From Gemmatimonadota bacterium (GTDB lineage Bacteria > Gemmatimonadota > Gemmatimonadetes > Longimicrobiales > RSA9): DNA of 13,740 nt. Every line of letters starts with the position of its first letter. The first letter of the stretch is position 1. The translations under genes and the position numbers were made by a program. Where the stretch lies: NCBI GenBank assembly GCA_040905425.1, contig JBBDRO010000001.1, positions 1 through 13,740 on the forward strand. Direction: 5' to 3'. Under the pieces are notes generated by a model. That model saw only the letters and a list, made by a program, of their open reading frames with translations, ran no database searches and had not been told where the DNA came from. Below are positions 7,647-13,740 of this stretch, one piece after another.

Positions 7647-7871
7647 GCCTCGCGAGTGTCCCCTCACCGGGACACCCGGTCGGGGCGCCCCCCCCGGCGC
7701 GAGCGGGCCGTCTACCGTGGATCCGACTGGGGGGCAAGGTAATCAGCGCAGATGCCGGCACGGCGCGCGTCCGCGCCATACGCGGCACGCGTCGTGAACC
7801 TCGTAAGGGGGCGCGGGAAGCCGTTCGCAGGCTACCGCCAGAGCATCCGCCAGCAAGCATGGAGGCAGCAC

Positions 7872-8474
7872 ATGAAGCGCATACTGATCCTTACCGCCGC
7901 CACCGGCGCCTTCCTTCTGAGCAGCGCCCCCGCTGAGCTGGCCGCACAGGGCAAGGTCAACCCGCGCACGACCCAGGAGCGGGTGGAGCAGGACCGCTCC
8001 GACCGCGGCTGGGAGGACATCATTCTGGGCCGCCGGGACGCGGAGCGCGGCCAGGCCGACCGCCGCGCGCAGGCCGGCCCGCCCTTCTGCCGGAACGGCC
8101 AGGGCCACCCCGTGCACGGCCGCCGCTGGTGCGCCGAGAAGGGCTTCGGCGTGGGCACAGGTCTGGGCTCCCTCGGCGACATCCGCTGGGAGGAAGAGGG
8201 CTGGGGGGACGTGATCCTGCGCGCCCCCCGCAACGAGCGGGACGTGATCCAGCGTGGTGGCCTGCTGGACGTCCTGGGCAGCGTCATCCTGGGCCGCTTC
8301 GATCAGCAGGCGCAGAGGCTCGGCAGCGGCGAGCCGCTGACCGGCCGCTGGCTCGAGGGCCGTGACGGGCCGCGCGTGCTCTGGCTGCAGGCCGGCCAGA
8401 CGCCGGTGGCACAGCTGCTGGACACCGATCGTGACGGCCGCGTGGACCGCATCCGGCTGAACGGCGGCCGTTGA
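7872..8474 (+). CDS. Secreted hypothetical protein (200 aa) with C-x13-C motif and C-terminal DxDxDG motif
   Basis: SD GGAGG at 7861-7865, ATG 7872, signal peptide MKRILILTAATGAFLLSSAPAELAA|Q, GC3-rich codons. Motifs GPPFCRNGQGHPVHGRRWCAEKGF and DTDRDGRVD. Confidence 0.85.
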   Translation: MKRILILTAATGAFLLSSAPAELAAQGKVNPRTTQERVEQDRSDRGWEDIILGRRDAERGQADRRAQAGPPFCRNGQGHPVHGRRWCAEKGFGVGTGLGSLGDIRWEEEGWGDVILRAPRNERDVIQRGGLLDVLGSVILGRFDQQAQRLGSGEPLTGRWLEGRDGPRVLWLQAGQTPVAQLLDTDRDGRVDRIRLNGGR

Positions 8475-8534
8475 CGGGGGCACGCCCTCACCGCTGAGGC
8501 GGGCAGTCAGTCGGAGCACGGGGCCCCGCCGGCA

Positions 8535-9344
8535 TCAGCCGGTGGGGCCTCCCGCGTCCACCCGCTCTTCCACCACCCGGCAGAACTCCCGCACGGCCTC
8601 CTCGTAGGCCGCGCCGGCCACGAGCGTCAGGTCATTGTGACCGGCGCCCTCCACCCATAAATGCCGTTTCGGCTCCGGCGCCCGCAGGTAGAGCGCGCGA
8701 CCGTGGCTGAAGGGCACCACGCGGTCCCGGGTGCCATGGATGACCAGTACGGGGCAATCCACGTTGCCGATCAAACGGTCGTTGCGAAAGTGATCGAAGG
8801 GCAGGAGGGGAAGCCGCGTCACCACGCGGAATGGGGTCAGAAACGTGCCCTCCAGGATGACCCCGCCCACCGGCTCCCGCGTTGCCAGGTCCAGCGTGGG
8901 TCCACCGCCCACCGAGCGGCCGTAGAGCACCACGCGATCCGGGGTGTAGCCCGCCTCCTCCAGCAGCCAGCGGTACGCGGCCTCCAGATCCTCCACGGCG
9001 CCGCGCACGGTGCAGCGCCCCGCAGAGCGGCCGTACCCCCGGTAGTCGTAGGTCAGCACCGCGTAGCCCAGTCGGCGCAGCCGCTCCGCCTCGGGGAGGA
9101 TGGTGCCCAGGTCCTCGTAGTTGCCGTGGCTGTAGAGGAGCGCCAGACGGGCCTCCGGATCCGGCAACCAGCGGGCGGCGAGCCGCTCGCCCGTGGGCGC
9201 GCGCAGCTCGAGCAGATCCTCGTGCTCCCCGTAGCTCACGGGCGGGCGCGGGAACATCAACCGCTCACCGAACCACCAGCCCACCGCCGCCAGCGCCAGC
9301 CAGACGCCCGCCGCGATCAGTAGCAGGCTGAGGGCGCCTACCAC
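8535..9344 (-). CDS. Alpha/beta hydrolase, ABHD17/BEM46-like, N-terminal membrane anchor
   Basis: YSHGN, YDYRGYGRS, nucleophile elbow GRSVGG, IHGTRD.VVPFSHG and GAGHND (Ser-Asp-His triad). GTG start overlaps the end of the upstream gene. Confidence 0.92.
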   Translation of the reverse strand: MVGALSLLLIAAGVWLALAAVGWWFGERLMFPRPPVSYGEHEDLLELRAPTGERLAARWLPDPEARLALLYSHGNYEDLGTILPEAERLRRLGYAVLTYDYRGYGRSAGRCTVRGAVEDLEAAYRWLLEEAGYTPDRVVLYGRSVGGGPTLDLATREPVGGVILEGTFLTPFRVVTRLPLLPFDHFRNDRLIGNVDCPVLVIHGTRDRVVPFSHGRALYLRAPEPKRHLWVEGAGHNDLTLVAGAAYEEAVREFCRVVEERVDAGGPTG

Positions 9345-10642
9345 CTGACCGCCGGGATCAGTTGCAAGGTCAGCGCGTCTACCACGTGACCGCGGCCAGC
9401 GGAAGGACGTTCAACGGCAGGGCACGACGCCAGCGCCAGCGCGTTGCCCACGGAACGCTCCCCCACGTCGTCCGAAGGGCGGTTGACCACCCGCCCGCCG
9501 ACCACCATGGCGGTGGAGCCGCCGCCGTCCAGGTTGATGGCATCCGTAGCGCCGATGCGCACCAGCAGCGCGGTGAGCTCCTGCAGCGTCATGCCCACGC
9601 TGTAGCCCGGCTGGCGGCCATCCACCGTGACGAGCAGGAGCCGGTCGGCTGCCGTGTCCCACGCCACCGCGGTGCGCGGGTGCCGCGCCGGGCCGAAGCC
9701 AGCGGGCACGCCCTCTGCCAGGTGGAGGACGGCGGCGCCGTCCCTTAGCAGCACCGGGAAACCACCCACCGCCTCCTCAACCGCCAGAGGCGGTGCGCCG
9801 GGATCCTCCAGCAGCGCGGCGGTGCGCCAGGCAACGGTATCGTCCAGCTCCCTGCGCGTGAGCCACGCGGCCGCCGGACCGCGCGCGCGCAGCGCCACCT
9901 CGCCCGGCCGCACGTAGAGCCCGACCAGCTCCGGCCAGACGGCAATCACGGTGCCCCGCCCCGCCGCCTCGTCACCCTCGAGAAGGCCCAGCACGACGGT
10001 GGCGGCGGGGCCACCCGTGGCCGGGAGGGAGTCACCCCAGATGGTGAACAGCGTGAGCGCCTCGGCCGGTGGCTGGTGGCTGCCCCCGCCGAGCGGCCGG
10101 TTGACCTGGTCGATACGCGCGCTGTCGGCGCGGTGCCACGCGGCGCCCTCGATGCGGCCCACACCCGCCGCGTACCCGGCGCGGCCGCTGGCGAACGCGG
10201 GCCGGGAGCCGGGACCGGCCAGGACCCGCCCGTCGATGGCGTGGAGGCCCACCGGCGTGCCTCCGGGGAGCATGAAGAAATCGGCGTTCACGCCGGCCAG
10301 CGCGTCGCGCACCAGCACGCTCGTGGGCGCCCGCACGGAGAGCGGCGGCCCCGCCTTCACCGCCCGCAGCTGGGGCTGGCACACGCCGCGCTCCACCTCC
10401 ACGACGTGCACCGCCCAGGGCCCCGCGGCGTCACGGGCATAAATATGGCGCACCCCGGGAACCAGCGTGCGCAGACTGAACGTGTCCGCCTGCGCCAGCC
10501 CGCCGGCGAACGGCAGCACCGTTTCCGGTGCGGCGGCCGTGTCCAGGGGAGCGGGCGGCGGCGGCGCGGCGGGCGGCGCGCCCGGCGCGCACGCTCCGCA
10601 GGCCAGGAGCGCGGTGAGGATGAAGGGGGACGTCGCTTTCAT
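9338..10642 (-). CDS. Phosphodiester glycosidase family (NAGPA/DUF2233) lipoprotein
   Basis: Motifs AGVNADFF, RHPRTAV, LVTVDGRQ...SVGMTL.EL and AINLDGGGST. Lipoprotein-type N-terminus (LLAC/GAC) followed by a Pro-rich linker. SD AAGGA upstream. Confidence 0.9.
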   Translation of the reverse strand: MKATSPFILTALLACGACAPGAPPAAPPPPAPLDTAAAPETVLPFAGGLAQADTFSLRTLVPGVRHIYARDAAGPWAVHVVEVERGVCQPQLRAVKAGPPLSVRAPTSVLVRDALAGVNADFFMLPGGTPVGLHAIDGRVLAGPGSRPAFASGRAGYAAGVGRIEGAAWHRADSARIDQVNRPLGGGSHQPPAEALTLFTIWGDSLPATGGPAATVVLGLLEGDEAAGRGTVIAVWPELVGLYVRPGEVALRARGPAAAWLTRRELDDTVAWRTAALLEDPGAPPLAVEEAVGGFPVLLRDGAAVLHLAEGVPAGFGPARHPRTAVAWDTAADRLLLVTVDGRQPGYSVGMTLQELTALLVRIGATDAINLDGGGSTAMVVGGRVVNRPSDDVGERSVGNALALASCPAVERPSAGRGHVVDALTLQLIPAVRW

Positions 10643-10656
10643 GCCGTGTCCTTCCT

Positions 10657-10685
10657 TTGCTTCGGACCACGAAGGCGCTTACCGT
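10657..10685 (+). promoter_or_regulatory. Putative sigma70 promoter of infC
   Basis: TTGCTT (10657-10662), 17-nt spacer, TACCGT (10680-10685). A second TAnnnT hexamer, TAGTAT, lies at 10687-10692. Confidence 0.55.
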
Positions 10686-10760
10686 GTAGTATGTAGGGTA
10701 CGCTCAGGCGCGCGCAGGAAGCACGGCGCTTCCCGATCACACACCCGCAAGGAGGCCATT

Positions 10761-11288
10761 ATAGCCAGGAACGACTCCACCCGCGTCAACGACTCCATTC
10801 GCATCAGCCCCGTCCGCCTCATCACGGCGGAGGGCGAACAGGAGGGGATCGTCCCCCTCGAGAAAGCCAAACACGCCGCAGAAGACGCCGGCCTCGACCT
10901 GGTCGAGGTGGCCCCCAACGCCCGCCCGCCCGTGGTCCGCGTCATGGACTGGGGCAAATTCCAGTTCGAACAACAGAAGCGGGCCAAAGAAGCCAAGAAA
11001 AAGCAGCACACCGTGGACGTCAAGGAAGTGAAGCTGCGGCCTCGCACCGACGACCACGACATGGAATTCAAGCTGCGCGCCGCCCGTAAGTTCCTGGAAC
11101 AGGGCAACAAGGTGAAAGTTACCGTTCGTTTCCGCGGGCCCGAGCTGCGCCGCCCCGACCTCGGCCAGGAGGTCCTCGACACGGTCATCGAGGAGCTCGA
11201 CGAGTTCAGTGACGTGGAGAGCCGTTCGCGCCGGCTGGAGGGGCGTCAGCTCACCATGATGCTGTCGCCCTCGTCGCTGCCCAGCTGA
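10761..11288 (+). CDS. infC: Translation initiation factor IF-3, non-AUG start (ATA 10761, or ATT 10758)
   Basis: Recognisable IF3 motifs RVNDSIR...VRLI...GLDLVEVAPNARPPVVRVMDWGKF, VKEVKLRP...HD and FLEQGNKVKVTVRFRG. Strong SD AAGGAGG (10749-10755) followed by CC-ATT-ATA, with no in-frame ATG nearby. Confidence 0.97.
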   Translation: MARNDSTRVNDSIRISPVRLITAEGEQEGIVPLEKAKHAAEDAGLDLVEVAPNARPPVVRVMDWGKFQFEQQKRAKEAKKKQHTVDVKEVKLRPRTDDHDMEFKLRAARKFLEQGNKVKVTVRFRGPELRRPDLGQEVLDTVIEELDEFSDVESRSRRLEGRQLTMMLSPSSLPS

Positions 11289-11308
11289 GCGCCGCGTCGT
11301 GACGCGCC

Positions 11309-11348
11309 GCGGGCCGATCCTCTTGCCGGGGGTCGGCCCGCTTTTCTT
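11309..11348 (+). terminator. Rho-independent terminator after infC
   Basis: 14-bp stem GCGGGCCGATCCTC / GGGGGTCGGCCCGC (two G-U pairs), loop TTGCC, followed by TTTTCTT. Confidence 0.88.
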
Positions 11349-11439
11349 GTAAGCGACGACGCCCGTCGGACTGGCGCGCGCGCACGCCGGCGCGCATCGT
11401 GCGCCGATCGCGACGCGTGCTCACGCATCCGGAGTGCTC

Positions 11440-11604
11440 ATGGAATTCCTGCTCGAGAACTGGTTGTGGATGGCCCTGGCGGCGCTCGCCGTCTGGGTAG
11501 TCCTGGGCTTCGTGCTCCGCCTGGGCAAGCTCGTTTTCAAGCTGGCCTTCGTGGCGGCGGTGGCCGTTGCGGTGGTGTGGGCACTGGAGCGCCTCGGGGG
11601 CTGA
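11440..11604 (+). CDS. Small (54 aa) two-helix membrane protein, unknown function
   Basis: Manual translation MEFLLENWLWMALAALAVWVVLGFVLRLGKLVFKLAFVAAVAVAVVWALERLGG*. SD GGAG at 11431-11434, GC3-rich codons, fills an otherwise empty gap. Absent from the supplied ORF track. Confidence 0.8.
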   Translation: MEFLLENWLWMALAALAVWVVLGFVLRLGKLVFKLAFVAAVAVAVVWALERLGG

Positions 11605-11617
11605 TGTCGAAGCCCCG

Positions 11618-13471
11618 CTAGCGGTCCACCACCCCCTGCAGGATGCCCATCAGGATGCGCTGCGCGCCGGGAGGAGCGTCCGCGAGCGGCCGCACCTCCA
11701 CGCTCATCCGCACCTCGAAACGCAGCGCGCCGTCGAGGAGCAGTTCCGCGCCGTTCCGCTCAACCCCGAAGACTAGCGGAGCGCCCTCCGCCGCGCCGGC
11801 GTAGCGCTCCCGGAAGGTGGGGCCGAACTCCGGGCCCGACACCTGGATCTCCCCCACCCGGAGGAGCACGTCCCCGGCCCGCACGCCCGCTGCCGCCGCA
11901 CTGCTGCCGGGACTCACCTCCGTAACCACCAGACGCTCACCCGCCGGCGTCGTGGTCACGCCGATGCGCGGCTCACGGACGGCATCGATCACCAGCTGGA
12001 GCGCGGCCTTCGGCAGGATCTCGTCCCAGGGGTAGGGCTCGCGGCCGTCAACGTAGCGGCGCTCGAAATCGCTCCAGTCCACCCCCGGCGCGAGACGCCC
12101 TACGATGCCCCAGAAATCCTCGCGCTCGAAGCCCCGTCCCTGCTGGTAGGTAGCCGCGTAGAGCTCCCGCAGCACGTGGTCCAGTGAGACGCGGTTGGCG
12201 GTGGCGTGGCGTAGCAGCACGTCCATCATGAGGCCGGCCAGCGAGCCCTTGTCATAGTAGAGCGCGGCGGTGCCGTCCACGGGGCTGATCCAGCTGGACA
12301 GGGAGGCGTCCTCCAGCGCCACCGGCGGAGCGTCCATGACGCGCTGGATCTTGCCGCCGATGAGCGCGTACAGGATCTCCGGGGGCGCCACGGCGGCGCG
12401 CACCAAGGTGAGGTCCGCGTAGTAGTCGGTGAGGCCTTCGCTCACCCACAGCCAGGGCGTGGGCTGCGCCTCCTGGTAGCGGTAGGGCCACAGCTCCGCC
12501 GGCCGCAGCCGCTTCACGTTCCAGGCATGAAAGATCTCATGGCCGGTGATGAGCGGCAGCACCACGCTGCCCACGAAGCCGGGGTGGTAGATGCCCACGT
12601 GCGAGTTCTGGTGCTCCAGCGCGCTGCCACCGCCCACCGCATCCGTGAAGAGCAGCAGCGTGGTGTAGCTCTCCCAGGGTGTTTCACCGAAGACCGCTGC
12701 CTGTACGGGCGTCATGCGGGCAATCTGGCGCCACAGCTCGCGGCGCTCGTCGCCTGTGAGCGCGCCACGCGGGTAGGTGGCCAGCCGGTTCCAGCGCCCG
12801 TCCACCCGGATGCTGTCCAGCTCCAGCGCGCCGATGAAGAAGGGCATGTCCACCAGGTCGTGGTAGCTGTCCTCCACGTAGCTGCCGGCCTCCGGTCCCG
12901 CGGGCATGCCCGTGGCCACCTCCCAGTGCGGCTCGGTGGTGACGCGCACGGTGGCGTGGAAGTCCAGCTCCCGCCCCGTGGGATGGAGAAAGACGTTGGT
13001 GCCGTTCAGGAGCAGGAAATCGGGGGCGGACCAGCTCATGGCGTTGTCCAGCGTGTCGGCGCGGAACAGGAAGCTCACGCTGAGCGTGCCCGGCACACCC
13101 GGCCGCACACGCCAGGTGCTGGGCGCCACCTTGTCCCACTCCACGGGCTGCCCGTCGGCCGTGGCCGTGAAGGCGCTGACGCGGCGCGCGAAGTTGCTCA
13201 CCTCGTACGCGCCCGGCGTCCACACCGGCAGGGAAAGGAGCACGGGCTCGGCGGTAGGCGCCTCGAAGGTCATGCGCACGCGCACCGTGCGCTCGGCGGC
13301 GGCCGCGCTGTCGAACGTAAGCGCGTAGCGGATGTTCTCCACGGGTGCCGACGCGAGGACGGTTGCGGGCACCGGCGCGCCGCCGGCCGTCTGTGCGGCC
13401 GCGCTGCCTGACGCGGCCATGATCATTGCCAGCGGCATGGCGGCCGCGGTGGGCAGCCTGCATCTTCTCAT
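11618..13471 (-). CDS. M61 family glycyl aminopeptidase with PDZ domain (617 aa), secreted
   Basis: M61 N-terminal motif LPVWTPGAYEVSNFAR, ALEHQNS, HEIFHAWNVKRLRP, LWVSEGLTDYY, YYDKGSLAG, and PDZ VSPGSSAAAAGVRAGDVL. AAGGA SD 7 nt before ATG 13471 and signal peptide ending AAA|Q. Confidence 0.93.
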   Translation of the reverse strand: MRRCRLPTAAAMPLAMIMAASGSAAAQTAGGAPVPATVLASAPVENIRYALTFDSAAAAERTVRVRMTFEAPTAEPVLLSLPVWTPGAYEVSNFARRVSAFTATADGQPVEWDKVAPSTWRVRPGVPGTLSVSFLFRADTLDNAMSWSAPDFLLLNGTNVFLHPTGRELDFHATVRVTTEPHWEVATGMPAGPEAGSYVEDSYHDLVDMPFFIGALELDSIRVDGRWNRLATYPRGALTGDERRELWRQIARMTPVQAAVFGETPWESYTTLLLFTDAVGGGSALEHQNSHVGIYHPGFVGSVVLPLITGHEIFHAWNVKRLRPAELWPYRYQEAQPTPWLWVSEGLTDYYADLTLVRAAVAPPEILYALIGGKIQRVMDAPPVALEDASLSSWISPVDGTAALYYDKGSLAGLMMDVLLRHATANRVSLDHVLRELYAATYQQGRGFEREDFWGIVGRLAPGVDWSDFERRYVDGREPYPWDEILPKAALQLVIDAVREPRIGVTTTPAGERLVVTEVSPGSSAAAAGVRAGDVLLRVGEIQVSGPEFGPTFRERYAGAAEGAPLVFGVERNGAELLLDGALRFEVRMSVEVRPLADAPPGAQRILMGILQGVVDR

Positions 13472-13622
13472 GGGTCGTCCTTGCCGATGCATCGGGGTTC
13501 CTACGGTCCTTCATGGTAATGAGATGCGGGGCCCGCGGGGAACCTCACCACTCGAAGGGCGTATGTTGCCATGGCTATTCGCCCATCCATCCTCGAAACG
13601 AACCCGGCCTGAGGTCCACTCC

Positions 13623-13740
13623 ATGAGCCCTGCCATCCGTCGGTTCCGTGGCGCCGCACCGGCCCTGCTGGGTCTGCTGCTGCCGCTCGCCTGCGCGGAC
13701 GCCACGGGACCGGGTGCACCCGCCGCGCTGGAGCTGGTGG
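13623..13740 (+). CDS. Lipoprotein of unknown function, 5' part only (runs off the window)
   Basis: SD GAGGT at 13611-13615. Translation MSPAIRRFRGAAPALLGLLLPLA|CADATGPGAPAALELV has a basic n-region, hydrophobic core and lipobox. Confidence 0.7.
   Translation, partial: MSPAIRRFRGAAPALLGLLLPLACADATGPGAPAALELV

Noticed and set aside
4920..7667. Long ORFs 4920-6128 (+), 5900-6748 (+) and 6216-7667 (-)
   Set aside because: Antisense or off-frame shadows of the M61-like and NhaC genes, with no recognisable motifs.
7478..7745. Lysine, SAM or glycine riboswitch upstream of the NhaC-family gene
   Set aside because: I could not find the diagnostic motifs of these aptamers by eye. An Rfam scan would be decisive.
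8475..8534. Bidirectional terminator between convergent genes
   Set aside because: Only a short imperfect GC hairpin is present, with no U tract on either strand.
10467..10757. N-terminal extension of IF3 in the ORF track (273 aa)
   Set aside because: It overlaps the divergent NAGPA-like gene and the promoter. IF3 homology and a strong SD begin at 10749-10761.
12527..13514. ORFs 12527-13411 (+) and 12684-13514 (-)
   Set aside because: Shadow frames of the M61 peptidase.
1..13740. Mobile element, prophage or defence island
   Set aside because: No integrase, transposase, nuclease or phage genes, and composition looks uniformly GC-rich by eye.

Overview
Very GC-rich chromosomal window from a diderm bacterium. 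The many lipoproteins and 'A-x-A|Q' signal peptides suggest Gemmatimonadota, but that taxonomy is inference. In order, it holds: a cobalamin riboswitch with an intrinsic terminator, controlling a BtuB-like TonB-dependent receptor and a coupled beta-propeller lipoprotein (BtuG/YncE-like); a SnoaL/DUF4440 lipoprotein; a minus-strand NhaC-family transporter followed by an M61-type peptidase that appears to start at CTG; a secreted hypothetical protein; a minus-strand phosphodiester glycosidase (NAGPA-like) lipoprotein and alpha/beta hydrolase pair; a stand-alone infC with a non-AUG start and its own terminator; a 54-aa membrane protein missing from the ORF track; a second, canonical M61 peptidase; and the 5' end of another lipoprotein. 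I see no mobile element, CRISPR array, tRNA or rRNA. I cannot show a wholly new system. The best leads are the riboswitch-BtuB-BtuG-like module outside Bacteroidota, the cluster of non-canonical start codons around an orphan infC, and two degenerate tandem repeats in leader/intergenic DNA.
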